From Paramecium tetraurelia (lineage: Eukaryota): a stretch of DNA of 64,000 bases. Made by a program: the position numbers and the translations under genes. Positions 1-14,250 of this stretch are shown in pieces; position 1 is the stretch's first letter, and every line of letters starts with the position of its first letter. The stretch spans positions 1-64,000 of the forward strand of contig CT868108.1 in the NCBI GenBank assembly GCA_000165425.1, given 5' to 3'. Below the pieces are notes generated by a model. The model was not told the origin of the DNA and searched no databases. It saw only the letters and a program-made list of their open reading frames with translations.

Positions 1-486
1 GTAGGCGATTTCAACAACAAAACTTTGTTTAGCTACTTCTCTGAATTTATAAGTGTACATCCAGGCTCCACTGTGAAGTAAAATACACAAAATAATAGAA
101 AAATTATAGCAGAACCCATAATAACTATCTTCATCAAGGATTTGATTATATGAATCATAACATAATGTGAAGATAAGTTCAAGAATATTTAAAAAATATA
201 TTAATACCTGAAATCCTATTTTAGCATAGTATTTGTATATGCTTGAGCTTCTTTTAACTTCCTTAAAACGATTTTCTATTAACTCTTTGAATTCACTAAT
301 CAAATTCTTCTATGTATGTTATTCCCAAACTAAATTTGGGTCAGGACTTGATTTAAAACATCTTGAAATAAAGGATGAGGCTCTTTATTCTGGGACAACA
401 GGCTATGGATTTGCATCTTGAATTACGAACCTTAATGGCTAATGATAACAACAAATTCTTACGGCTTCTTCTGCCTGTATTTACAT
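1..486 (-). CDS. Hypothetical membrane protein, 3' end outside window
   Basis: Ciliate-code ORF from ATG at 486: MQIQAEEAVRICCYHQPLRF..., with hydrophobic stretches (VLIYFLNILELIFTL; IVIMGSAIIFLLFCVFYF), open to the window edge. Confidence 0.6.
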
Positions 487-859
487 TTTTGGTTGGATTG
501 AGTATGATTAATTATGCTTGGTCAATAGAACAAAGTATCTTTTTATACTAATAATTAGCTCAGAATATATCAGATAAAAAAAAAATTATTCTACCTCATT
601 TATACATTTTATACTATTATGTAAATCTGATAATTTTTGATCTTTATATACTTATATTAATAATTGTTAATTTTTAATCTCTAACAAAAATTTGAAATCC
701 CTTAAAGAGATATATGCTTAAATAATATTAAACAATAAATTTATTACCCATAAAACCATCGTTATAATTTATACTAACAAATATAAATATTTCTAAAAGT
801 CTACAATAATTTTGTAAATGAATTCTTAATTTTGATTTCTACAGTATTAGGACCCCTAA

Positions 860-3800
860 AATGAATCAAATATCAACTTTGTAGTATGAATTGTTGATCA
901 ATTTTTATCCATCCACTATTATATATCAATCAAATAATAAAATAATTTCTTTAAATAGACTTATGAGTTATCTGAAGAAATAATTAACAATTACAGAATT
1001 CCCTATAGACTGCTTTGATTAGTTTAGGAATTTGTTCAAAAAAGAAGTCGGATAGAATTTAATTAAAAAACTATAATTTGTTTTGGATATTTAGATGGGG
1101 GCTTTGACTGATTTTAATACCTCACCTAAGTTATTATGAGTTAGATTTTTCTATGAAATAAACAAAAACGAAGATTTTATATAATTAATTTGTGATATCT
1201 ATATATTTTTAAGTGTTACAATACTCTTTTATCGTTTTTATTCATAATATTATAAAGAGATAGAAAATACTTCATTAGGCCTAAGTATGTTAAATTGGAA
1301 AAGATATTTAAATTTATGAAAATGAAATGGCATTTTTTTGGATATTTTTAAATCTATTTAATCAAATGAATTCTAATCTCTATTAAAAAAGAGAGGTTTA
1401 TATTATTTTGACAACACTAAAGTATTTGGTTCTAAAATGAATGTATTGTATATAGAATTAAATGATATCGATTAGAAATAAAAAATACTTTTGTTAAGTA
1501 ATTCTTGAAAAAAATAATGAATTTTAATATTACATCACACATAAACTTTTTATAATGTCTAATTCCATTCTAATTAATACCTCAAAAGAAAGTTGAATTT
1601 CACAGCAGATTTAAAAAGTAAATAAAGTTGTAATAGTTTTGTTAATAAACCTCAAAAATTTATTTTAACAAGGCTTAATCTACCATTTTTTTTTTCGTTC
1701 CTAAAATGAAGAACAATTTTAGCAAAAGAAATGGTTTAATTATGAGTTTGATTATGTTATAATAAACATCAATTTATTTCATTAGAATGGTTTACAAAGT
1801 AAGGCTAAAAAATAGGAGTTATTATTTGAAATAAAAAATTTAATTTTTATGAATCTTTTTGTTCAAATTAAAAAAAAAATATTATCCACCGGTAAACTTG
1901 AACTCAGAACATATTGGGCTTGAGCTGATGGCTCATAATCGTGCTACTACTAAACCATTAGATGATATTAATTTTTAAGTTTCATTAATTGGAAAATTAA
2001 AGAATAAAATTAAATTCACAATTTATTCTTATGATGTTTATAAATTTTGTTTATTAACTTATCGTAATCAACTATGGTTTAGTTATTACATCTACACCAT
2101 TTTAAAAGTATTTGAAATTAAAGAATACAATTTGCTTAATTGAGAATCCGTTATATATATTTGATTTTAGATTGCATGTCTGTCTCATGCATCTCAAATT
2201 AGTTAATGGTTATTAGATTCATAGAATGCAGCAATTAAAATATTTGGATAATAAATTCACCTTTTTCGTTTGATAATAAATTATCACTATTTTCTAAGAA
2301 TTATATTGTATAAAATGTATAATTCAATTTAAATAAAGAATTTAATTAATACAATGTACTTCGTAGAGCTGAGGTATTGGAGTTGTCTATCCAACATAAT
2401 TTTTTATTATATAGTTAATTGGGTAATGCTGATCTAAAACTTTTTTCTTGCAATCCAGTGTTAATTAAAAATACAGTAAGAAGAATTATCAAATAATAGA
2501 AAAGTGTTTATATGAACGTGAATTTAAAAATAAATCCACCCAATATTTTACAATTGATGAAATAAAATATTAAATTTTATCCTTCTAAAGATTTTTATAT
2601 TATGTTATTAAACTTTATTCCAAATTGCAATTTTAAGATTCTGATTTTAAAGAAAAATAATAATCTACTCTTTTTGAAATAATTAATCAAATTTTTCAGA
2701 AATTATATATTTTTTTTTAATCTAATTATAAAGATATTATTATTGAATCCTTATGAATACTAGTTAATTTTATTATTTTTGAAGGACAGAAAGTTTTTTC
2801 ACAAATATTTTTCTTTCTTTGATTCTAAGTAAGAAACTAAACCTTTAATTCCAAAAAACCTCTCACAAAGTAGAACAATAAAGAATATATCTTTTATTTC
2901 ATGCAACCAAAACAGAGTGGAGAAGTTCTAAGCTAAGTTAACTAATAAATCATTTGAATAATAATGTATATATTTTAATCATTTTAGATGTAATTGTTTT
3001 AACTACTTTATATTGTGCTCCATATCATTTAGGTCAAATCTCCATAAATTTAATCCACTATATTTTAAATTTAATAAATATTGGCTATTTACTGATACCA
3101 TTTCATTTCTTTTATGAAGATATAAAACGTATTTTCCTAGTACTGTTTCATACGCTTCTATTTAATCATATGAAATTGCCACCAATACTTTATCATGTTT
3201 AATTAAATAAATATCAATTGAAATCAAAGTGATTGTTGAGGATACTAAATTATTCAAAGTTATCTAAAAAAGAATGCGACTTTTAAGGAATTAAAACCAA
3301 AAATAATTACGGATATTATATGTAATTAAAGTATTAATTCAATTTAAAATATATAAAATAAAATTCAAAGTGAAAAGAAAACATTAAAACATAAATCAAT
3401 TTCCTTTTAGAAATTAAACATTCTTAGGTCCAGTTTGAGTAACTTTATATAAACTCATTAATTAGAATTGTTGTAAGGCAATTCGAATAAGCTTTCATAT
3501 TGTTGGCTATTTTAATTGATTATTAAACCTTAAGGAGAAAATTCAAATAGTTCCATCTAAGAAATTAGAAGAATGTAGTTTCATATTTTAGAAGTAATTT
3601 TACCTTCCTAAAATATACCTTGAAATTAAGGGCTTTTTTTATATAAAGAATAACATTCTTTCAACAAAATACCACGAAACTTTTCAAAGTTTAAGACTAG
3701 TATTGATTTCAATTTGAATCATTTATTATCAGTAATTTATATTTTATAGCCGTCCAAATCTGATCTAAACGATGGCAAGGTTTATCAAGCAAGTTTGCAG

Positions 3801-4300
3801 ATACTTTGCTAACTATTTATTCTTTAAATATAGGTAAGAATCGTAATTGGAACAACAATTCAATTTAAAAATTGTCTTTAATATGGTTTTCAAATAATAG
3901 TCAGATTTAATGGTATTTTTATTGCTAAAACATTTATAACTATAATTTCTATGTCATATATTCTTAATTTGTTTTACCCCCAAAAGCAGAATCAAATCAT
4001 TATATATTTTTTTTAGCAATATTATTACAAGAAGTTAAACTAAAATATAAACTATCAAATCCATAATACTAAAGTATATTTTATTATTTTTTCCAATCCA
4101 TCCTTTCTCCCCTCTTGCAATGTAAAAATGTGAAATCTATTTTTTAATGTATGCATGTCATTTTTCTGTTGTTTAAAAGGTGCAATTCATTATGAACTGC
4201 TACTAATAGAATGGATGAAATTACAATGCCTTTAAAAATTACATAACTTATTATTCTTCTAGAGTTCCAATAATCATTTCTAATTATTTTCCTTCAAATT
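860..4300 (+). pseudogene. Highly decayed coding remnant, possibly NACHT/pentapeptide/WD40-type
   Basis: Short broken ORFs with many in-frame TGA. Fragments include SEHIGLELMAHNRATTK (~1900), SHASQISQWLLDSQNAAIKIF (~2185) and a WD-like VQI(W)DLNDGKV that needs a frame change (~3750). The family assignment is weak inference and the boundaries are approximate. Confidence 0.3.
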
Positions 4301-5059
4301 CATCAAGGTCCTTAGTTTGTTGGATAAAACAAAGTAAAATTTAAATATATATAAATAAGGATAATCAAATTTATAAACATAAGTTAATTCATTGAGTTTT
4401 AAAAGACTAAATAGTTTTCTCTGAGTTTTTAAATAATTCCTAAATTATTTGTTATAACCTTATTAGTATTATGTTGTTAGCAAAAATCTTATCATGTTAA
4501 GAGAATGTTATAATTATTACCAATCTGTGTTTTTTCCTGTTAATTATTAAGTCACTAACCTACCTCATTTCAGATGTAATTATTACATTAAAAAATTACT
4601 ATTAACTTTTAACATATTTCTTTCTTTTTTTTCATTTAGTTATTTAAATATTTCTGAAAATTAAACTAAAATATTAAATTTTTCATTCCAAAAGCCTTTA
4701 AAATTTTTTGCATAATTCGAAAATATGATCAGCAAGTCTTCTGAAAAAAACTATTAGTAAAAGCAAAATTATTTTGAGCGTTACTCTTAATTCTATATCA
4801 ATTTGATTTTCCAATATTTAAACTTGTTTTTCATAACCATTCCTTTGTTTTTATTATTAAATAATTCTTTTCAAAAGGTATGGTATACGTGATAATTAAC
4901 AGAGATGATTGCCCTTGAATTTTAACAGTCATTTTCTTTTTAATAATCGCTAAAATAATTCATCCAATCTTTATTTTAAGCTTACCATATTGTTATATAC
5001 ATAAAAAGAGAATGAATTAATTTATTTAAATAAAATTAGTTTAATCATTTATATTAATA

Positions 5060-5965
5060 ATGTAATAAAAAAGGTATGATTCTGTTCGTAAGAATAAATT
5101 GTAAGTCCATTAATCATAGCCACTTCAATTATAGTACTCTTCATAGCCTAAATAAGTGCCTAACAAATTTCAAATTGCACAGATTGGGAAGGACATTGCG
5201 CCTACAATCATCCCAGCATTTATAGATATGATAAACTAAGAAACTGATGTATACTATCTATTTGACTCATTTCACTCTATTTTAAATTCACTTAAATAAG
5301 CAGAAGAAGATACTAATATTACTTAAAAGAATAAATAACACACGCTAGATTGGTGGAAAGTTACAGGATCAAGTTAAAGTTGGACAGGTGTAAGAAATAT
5401 TCAACCGCTTTCAGAATCTCATATAAAGCAATCATCCCGTTTTCTAGATAGCTATAATAGCAGAGGCTCTGCTATTATTGAAAATCTTAAACGGTAAATA
5501 GGAGAGTTGACAGAAGAACAAAAGTTTAAACAAAATTCTCGTACAATTGGGTAGGTTGCGATCAAACTATTTGATGAATAGGAACTCTACGTTGAAATGT
5601 CTAAGTAAGGGAGAACTTTGATTACTGTTTATCAAGTGTAAAATAAGTTTCATAAATGTCATATGGGTTTTTGCATATACACTGTTTTAGGAGAATTGCA
5701 AGAAAAAGAAAGTATAATCAACAAAATGTATGTGGCTAAGTGGCACAGAAAAAATGGGAACTTTTTAAATCTTGTTACAGAATTTATATAATATATCATC
5801 AAAAATGAAGCTGTGAGCAGAATAAAAATAAAAATAAATTCAACACAAGGATAACTTATTAGACACCTACAATAATTAAACTTTAAGTTATCTTCTACTG
5901 TACCATTAATCACTTAAATAAAAGTACTAACATTTGTATTACTCTCTAAAGAATTTAAAATTTGA
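5060..5965 (+). CDS. Intronless 301-aa protein with C-terminal GNAT (acyl-CoA N-acyltransferase)-like fold
   Basis: ATG 5060 to TGA 5963-5965, 302 codons. C-terminus MGFCIYTV..IINKMYVAKWHRKNGNFLNLV..RHLQQLNFK resembles GNAT motifs A/B. Confidence 0.75.
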
Positions 5966-6803
5966 ATTTTGAATAGCTAATTTTGTTAATTATTGTTATC
6001 TAATTCTTTAATTTTATACTAATCAATTATTTTATTAATTATTTAATCTAGATATTGCCCAATAAAAAAGATTCAGATTAGGACATCCAATTAGAATATT
6101 TCAAGGATATATATATCTAATGTTTTATTGGAAATTTGAGAAGAATTAAAAAAGGATAAATCTTTTGAAGTTAAAGAAAATACAAAATAAATATGGTGAA
6201 GTGAAAATCATATTCTTTCTTAATAAACAGACTATTAAACTAACTCTTTAGAAAATATTAAAGAGACCATTTTCTTGATGTAGATCCTTAGAATGATCCT
6301 CCATTTAGAATAAAAATTACAAGATATTTTGAAGGATTTCAAAAGAAAAATTTGAAGGATTTTCGGAATTTAAATTGTTATTAATCTTAAATCAAATTTT
6401 AGCTTCTCATATTCAATTAAATAAATACATATTTGTACTAAGTTACATTAATTCTGGTGTGAAAAATATATGATTACTCATCTACTCTATGTTAAGATAT
6501 CACCAAACCTTTTTTATCTTCAAATATTCTATTTGACTCAATTTATAATAAATTTGATTGATATTTAATGAATCCAAAGAATGTAAATTAATTGAGATAT
6601 TTAGATATTTCTTTAATAAAATTCATTGATTTGAAATTTTATAACGCTTAGAAGAATAAAATCTACCTACAAGATTATAAATTATTAAAATATCTCAATA
6701 GTTTTGGCATTAACAACACTATGAAGATGTTCAAAATATTTCAGTCTGGTTAAATAAATTATTAATTGTATATTTTTTTTAATTTTAACGACATTAAGAA
6801 AAT

Positions 6804-9586
6804 ATGAGAGCACAATCTCCCACATAGAAATTTATCCCTACATCAGCAATTACAACAACTAGATTAGTAAGCTCCCCTCACTCAAATATAAGAGATCAAA
6901 GAGCTGATTCATAGGTGAATAGTAGAGTAACTAAAATAACTACTTACTCGACAAGGCCAAAAACTACTATAACCACAACCACTACCTTTAGACCAGTCAT
7001 TGAGACAAGAACAGTAAGGCTATGCACAGACAAGAGATGTCAAGGACATGAATAGCATATCGAATAATTAACACAAGAGAACCAGTAATTGCATCAAAGA
7101 GTTTTAGAACTTCAATAGGAAATAGATTAGTATTCTATTTGTTAAAGACAGCATACTAATAATTATTCTTGTGAAATAGATAATATTAAAAAATTATATG
7201 AGGAATCATAAATTAATTACAAATCTGAAATTGAATATCTTACTTAAGAGATAACTTAATACAAAACTTAATTCTAACATTCTGATGATTAAGTAAAATA
7301 CTTAACTTAATAATTGAAAAAATAATCAAATAATGAAAACCTAGAAAATTAAATTGCTTTGCTTACAACTGAAATGGAAAGATTAAACACTGTTATTCTT
7401 GAAAAAAATGTAGTTGTAGAACAATTGACCTATAAAATTAATTAATTAGATTCTGAATTATTCAACAAGGAAGAGGTTATTGAAAATTTAGAAATTAATG
7501 CATCTAAATTGAAAAAACAATATTAGGAAGCCTGCAACTAGGTTTTTCTTATAAGATCAGAGTTGGATAGATAATTGGATACCATCTAATAGTAAGAAAG
7601 AAATATATTCATTTTGAATCAAGACAAATAAGCCATTTGAATAATATAATTTTATTTTAGAACAAAAAGAACAACAATTATAGTAATTAAGAGGTAGTAT
7701 CTAATTGTTAGAAATGAGATCGTAAGAACAATAAACTACAATTTAGGCATAATATAAGGAAATTGATAATCTCATGCTTAGGTAGGACTCAGCTAATTAG
7801 TAAATTGATTATTATCAAACAGAATCTGATGAACTTCAAAAGTATCGAAATATTTTGTAGAATGAATTAGAAATGTCTAAATAAGAAAACACAAAATTAT
7901 AAGAATAAATTAATAAATTAAAACAATAATCCACAGATTTAAATAAAACAATCGAGAAATTAAAATTAGATCTTAATTAATAACTAAGTTCTATATAACA
8001 AGATTTTAACTTTGAACTTTAATCAAAGAATGATGAATTGGAACAAAATAAATCCTAATATTAATAGGAGTTATCGGTGATTGCTAAAAAATTTTAAGAA
8101 GAAAACTATTAACTTAGAATTAATAATGAAGATTTGGAAAATGAGTTAAATTAATTAAATAACATCAACTAAATGCTGTAGAGTACTGTTGATGACAAAA
8201 TAAATGAAATCTCAAATTTGAAAAATGGATACCATTAGTTAAATAGTGAATATAATACATTCAAAATGAAACTTTAAGAAGAAAACCACAAACTAAAATT
8301 AGAAGTAGAAGATGCATTAATTACTATTAATTAACTCTAACAAAAAAAGAATTAATTAGAATCTACAATCATTGAATTAAATCATATTATACAATCATTG
8401 TAACAACAAATTACATAGAATTAAACTGAGTTAAACACATTAAAGTATAAATCTGGAGAGGAATATTCTACTTTAAGGATTCAAATTGAATAACTTGATT
8501 AAAATAACATTTAATTATAGACCATAAGATCAAGATTATAAAAGGATTATGAAGAAAAGTTAAATGAATTTAAAGATTTACAAGATAAGTTCAATTAATA
8601 CAAATTAACTACCCAATAAACAATTAAAGATTTGGAGAAAAAAATATATGAATACGAAGAGAAATTATCCTTATTGTCATCAGAAATTCAAAGAATGCTC
8701 TTCTAAATCAATCAAAAGAATGACTTAATCTAAGAATAGACTACAATGTTAGATGAATATTAGAGAGAAATCAAATTGTTGCAATTATAATTATAAGAAA
8801 ACTAATTAGAAGCTGAAGAATAATAGAAGAAATTAGAAAGTTAAATGAATGAAGCCTTAAACCAACAACGAGAGAAGCTATTTCGATTTGAGAGTGAGAA
8901 TCTTTCTTTTAAGTCTTTTATTGAAGAGCAAAATCACGTGATTGAGACATTGTCAAAATAAATAGATGGAATGACTGGTGATTTAAAATATCAATAATAA
9001 TTGGATGAAGAATTGTAAAAGAAAAATTCATTCCTAACTAAATAATTATAGGATTTACAATCAGAGTTTTGTGAAACTTAATTTAAGATCGATCATTTAT
9101 TAGTTGAAAACAAGGCTCTTAGATAAGAGCTTGAAATTAGAATAGACACAGAGTCAGAACTTAAATTTAAATTAGATAAGCTTATTGAAGAATTAGCAAA
9201 GAAATAATAATAAATAAATGAGTTTGAATAAAGAACTAGAGAATATGAAACAAACCAATAAAATGAGGTAGTTTAATTTGAAGAAAAAATAACCTATTAT
9301 TAAAATGAAGTTGAAACTTGGAAAAAGAAATTTATAATTTTAAATAAAGATTATCATAAAACATAAGAAGATTTAATGATGGTTCAAGCCGAGTTTGATG
9401 CATTCAAGCAAAGAGGGAACCCAATAGTAGTTAGAGTAATTAAATATTTTAATAATCTAGGAATCAACAAGTTTTGAGGTTCGTAAGTCATCATTATATA
9501 AAGAAAATATTGTAACTACTAAATCAAGTCAAGTCAGCTAGTCCAGTCAACTTATTGTTAAACCTTTGAAGGAAGTTAATATTTGA
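6804..9586 (+). CDS. Large Q/E/K-rich coiled-coil protein (~910 aa) with one frame break at 7636-7660
   Basis: MRAQSPTQKFIPTSAITTT... followed by continuous heptad-like sequence. 25-nt intron 9436-9460, TGA 9584-9586. An in-frame TGA at 7638 needs a +1 shift (see findings). Confidence 0.75.
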
Positions 9587-9687
9587 GAATATATATATAT
9601 ACTATTAAAGTTATTGAATTTTCTTTGAGGAATTGATAAAAGCAATTAATAATAATTATTCTTTATTAATAATAATTATTTCATTTC

Positions 9688-11242
9688 TCATTAGGGCTTT
9701 TCTAAGTATTCTGCAAACAAATCAGTATCATTATTATTATTCTCTTCATTGCTTACATTATTCATTTTTGCGAATTGCATGGGAGCCAATTTATTATCCA
9801 AAATGCTAAGATATTCATAATTAAGTTTACTTGAAGCATCTTATATCCTCAACTAGAATCTGAATAGCTAAAATTAAAGCAAATAATGAGAACGATATTA
9901 ATACTTTGAAAGTGCCCATAATGTTTCTGTTCACAACATCTAATAAAAAAGGCATAAACACGAAAATTAGATTTTAAAATCCTACTGTGAGGCCAAAAGC
10001 TTTGCCAAATGATTTCAATTTGATTATGTAGATAATTGCACTCCATGTGCAAACAAATGATAAACAATAACCAACTGCTAAAATAATTAGACCTATGTGA
10101 GGAGAGGTTAAGTACTAGATGTGGCCAATAATGATAATGATAACAGAAACAATGATTAAGTACCTTCTATAAGTAAAATATTAAACCAAAGGGCCAATGA
10201 TGAATAGGGATAAACAGCCTAACATCCAAAATAATGCAATATCTAATTCTTCGATTTGATTATTAGTATCAAATAATACAGATGCCATAATATATATTGA
10301 TACGTTCACAAGTGTGACGATTGAACAAAAAAACATTGAGTTAAAGGCTAAAAGTAGCCAAAACATTTAGGGAAATATCTTAAAATCTTTGAACTTAAAG
10401 AAATAGAGTTTATTAATTATTTTTGTATCTTCAGTTAGTATGATATCACTGCTGGGTTGAAGTTGTCTATAAGAGGATAAATAATTTTCATTTTCTAATT
10501 TCTTGTCTATTAGAAAGCCAAGACATAATAAAATGTAGCCAACTAATATAAAAACTATCCCACTCATCAAGGATATCATCAAATTATATTGTTTTTAAAT
10601 AATTGGAGTTAGATATATAGATAGTACTAAACCGATTTATGAAAATAGTTGCAATATACTCAGAACTATTGACTATATACATAATTGAAGCTTACAATAC
10701 TATTCTTAAAAAATGGGGCCAAAAAAGATGACCATAATGGTAACAATGACTCAATACCGCAACCTAAAAGTAGCCTACCTAAAATCATTAATAAAAACGA
10801 TTTAAAATAGACTCCTATAGTAAAGGTCAGTTATCCCATTATCATAATAGCTATAATAGATTATAAAATTTACACCTACAATATATGTCATAATCATTCT
10901 GTCACCATGACAATCTCTCATGCCACCAGTGAAAAGAGGAAAGAAGGCATTCCCAAAAGCATAAATGATGTAGAGAGATGCAAAATACAAGTCAAAATTA
11001 ATGGTTTAATCTTCTTGAAATAATTATTATAGAGTTTTATATATTGCCACTGGTTAGTCGAAGCAATAAAACGAAGGAATAATGATCCAGATAGACAAAA
11101 ACAAAACTAAGTATCTTAAGATGGATTATTATTTCATATGTATTCCATTATTTTATACAGTTTTATCTATGAGTTTTGTTTTGCTAAAATTGTTGCTTTA
11201 ATCAATATAGCTTTCTATAAACTCTGTATGTTATGCATTCAT
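9688..11242 (-). CDS. MFS transporter, MFSD1-like
   Basis: RYLVLFLSIWIIIPSFYCFDQP..LYIIYAFGNAFFPLFTGGMRD..MILGRLLLGCGIESL and many hydrophobic helices. One 25-nt intron (~10855-10879) gives 510 codons. Confidence 0.85.
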
Positions 11243-11524
11243 AATTTCCTATATTGAAAATAAAAACGTATATAAAATAAATATTAATTAAAATTAATAT
11301 GGAAACTTTAATTGAGAAAAAAAATTGCTTACAACCATACTAAGAATTGACCATTTGCATAAAGCAAGCTGCATAACAATCAAACCCCAATAAAAGACCA
11401 TCATATACATCTATCTGTTAAGTAATAAAAAATATATTCTTAGCAATCATTTTAGAAATTGGGTTAGTGTGTTGTAAAAGAGGAGAAATGATTTTTAGAA
11501 ATTTATATATGGAAATAATTATTT

Positions 11525-13211
11525 TCAATATTGCTATTGTTAATACTTTGATCTTTTGGAATTCTATTTTCTATTTTAAGATAACACCATCTAATCAGCA
11601 CTTTCTTTTGACAATTCTTCTTTCGTATGTCTCGATTCAGCCAGAGTTTTTCTCTTCTCAACTAAAAAATAATAAATGGTAGTTACCTTCTGTTAAAATA
11701 ATGTCTAAATCGATTTAATGATCGGTTTATGATTTTAATTCTGTATGCTACTTGGTACCAGATATTTCACTCTTATCATCATCGAATTTAACTGCACCTT
11801 TCTTTTATTTCTTTTGATCTTATTTAGGAATGTATTAATTTGAAACTAATAAAATATTGTCTATTATTTTTTCTAATTATTCTATTTTTGGTAATAGAGT
11901 TGTCTCATCATCATCATCATTAATAATATCGACTCCTATCTATTCTTGAATCCTCATATATTGTTGTTATATTTAAGAGATTTGCTTTTTATTTTAATCA
12001 ATTCCTCTAGAAATCCTTTCAATCTTGGAATCTTCCAAATTCACCTATTCTTTGATCGGAGCTTTTGCCATTTATTTAAACTTTTGTAAGTACTACTAGA
12101 TTTTCTCATTCTTTTATTCAGTTTGTTCAATCTATAAAAATAACAATAATCTTACCTCCTAATTGATCTCATTGATTTCTTTATAGATTTCATCAATCCA
12201 AATTTCTTAGTTGTAATATTATTTCAATATTGCATCTACATTATTGAATCCAGTTTCCAAATACAGTTTATTAAATTAAGCCTCATATTCAAGGACTTAC
12301 TAAGCAACATCTTTCTATTCTTATTATGATTCGCTTCTTTCTTTTAATATTGGTTTTGACTAATCACCCTATTCTGTTAGGTAGGGTCCTTAAACCTAAG
12401 ATTTTTAATCAGATGCCATGCTTTATTGCTCTTATTAATCATCCTTTTATGGTTTGAATAATGCTTCATATTCTTGCTGGAATTTATTTTGTTCTTTATC
12501 AGCTAATTCCTTAATTAACTTCAGTTAGTCTTAAAGAAATTTTTACTATAATTTATATTGGTTTGAGTTACCTCTTCTTTGAGTAATTCGTTTTATCTAA
12601 TACAATTTTAATATTCTCTTTGTTTAAAAATGGCATCTTTTTCGATTCCTTTAAACACTGTTGAATAAATGACTCTTTCCCTCCTGCTGAGATTCAATTA
12701 TTCTTTTTCTGCTTCGACTTCTGCCAATTACTCATTGTGTTTAATGTGAATCTATTACAGTTTCAATTCTGCATCTCGAACTGCCTATCAGTTAAAATAG
12801 TGATTTAACCTTTTAAACTTGAGTCAACTCGCTACCAGAATTAGTATTTTCAATTTTTGAGATGTCTTTTGCACTAGTTTTCATTGCATTTACTAAATTC
12901 TCTAAGTCTTACTAAAAAATTAAGTGATGTTGTACCTTCTTTTTCGTTTCAATTTCGATTTTTTAAGCTATCAAAGCGCATTCTTCCTGAGCCTTAATCA
13001 CACTCAAGGCGATTTGAGTATCTACAACTGTATTTTTTTATTTTTAATTGATTAATTAATCTGTGTATTCAGAATTATCAATTTTCATTTAAGAAATGAG
13101 AGATCTAGTTCAAGGTTAAGAATACCTATTCTGAGTTGTGATCTATTGAAAATCAGATTTGGCCTTTTGAATGGATGTGTTTAGAGTTGAAATGGTTTAG
13201 CTTTGATTCAT
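11525..13211 (-). CDS. Coiled-coil protein similar to outer dynein arm docking complex subunit DC2/ODAD1 (CCDC114) family
   Basis: Multi-intron gene. AELKLQQIHIKHNEQLAEVEAEKEQLNLSRRERVIYSTVFKGIEKD and YEAQFNKLYLETGFNNVDAIL match recalled DC2 motifs. The last exon and stop are uncertain. Confidence 0.65.
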
Positions 13212-13293
13212 TTAATTATTATATATTATTAACATTTTATAGGGGTAATACAATACTTGATAAATCGTAAATAAAATTAATTAAAAATATCAT

Positions 13294-14186
13294 ATGCTTC
13301 TTTCGACATCAAAATTAACGACTTCCAAACTTAATAAATCCTAACTATCAAGTCCATAGAGATCAACCATTAACTATTTGAGTTAAGATCTCGATTCCCC
13401 ATCTAGATAGAGAATTAAATTGCTGTCAGATAAATGGAATCATATTCAAAATGGAATTGATAAAGATAAGGTCGAAAAAAGAGAAGTGTTGGAAGAAAGA
13501 ATCAAAATCATAGAAGACGTGCTTGCATCTGAAAAACCCAAGGATGAATAAAAATTCAAAGTCATTAAGGATTCAGTCTTGAAACTATAAGATTAAGCAC
13601 ATAATCAAAAATCAGAAAGAGAAGTATTTGATTGAAACCATATTCTCTAGGCATTTGACGACAAGAAGGAGAAAGATTTTAGAACATTATCAGATAACAT
13701 TGCACTCTCCTTCGAATAGGAAAGAAATATTAGAGGACAGGGAGAAACAAAGTTATAAAAGCAAATTGATGAACGTTTTGCCTAGATAACCTTAACAATC
13801 ACTAGAAACACTCATCAATATGAGGATAGAAGCCAGGCTAAAATTTCTGAAGTTCTTTAATAAATTTAGGTTGTTAAAAATTAATTAGATTAAGAAAGAA
13901 GATCAAGGTATTTTATCATGCATATGAAAATAGGGAGGAATCAGCTGAGTCATTATCTGAATAAATTGATAGTGAGATTAACAAGTTCTCAGATTAATTA
14001 CTTGTCGAAAAGAAAGTAAGGGAAGAGACTCAAGGAAAAATATTCAGAATGATTGAAGATGTACATGGCAAATTACAATAAGATATCAATTTTGAAAGAA
14101 GGGAAAGAGAAGCAACTACTGAAGCATTACTAAAATTATTAGAGGATGCATGCATTAAAATAGATAAGAATTTCAGATCATTTTGA
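13294..14186 (+). CDS. SF-assemblin (striated/kinetodesmal fibre protein)
   Basis: Introns of 27 and 26 nt leave 280 codons. C-terminus EKKVREETQGKIFRMIEDVHGKLQQDINFERREREATTEALLKLLEDAC is typical SF-assemblin. Confidence 0.9.
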
Positions 14187-14250
14187 TATATAAATAAATT
14201 ATAAATTGGAATCTGCATAAAATTACCAAAAAATTTGAATAAAATATAAA

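Noticed and set aside
6328..6363. Short direct repeat TTTGAAGGATTT
   Set aside because: Two copies of 12 nt in AT-rich DNA, with no element structure.
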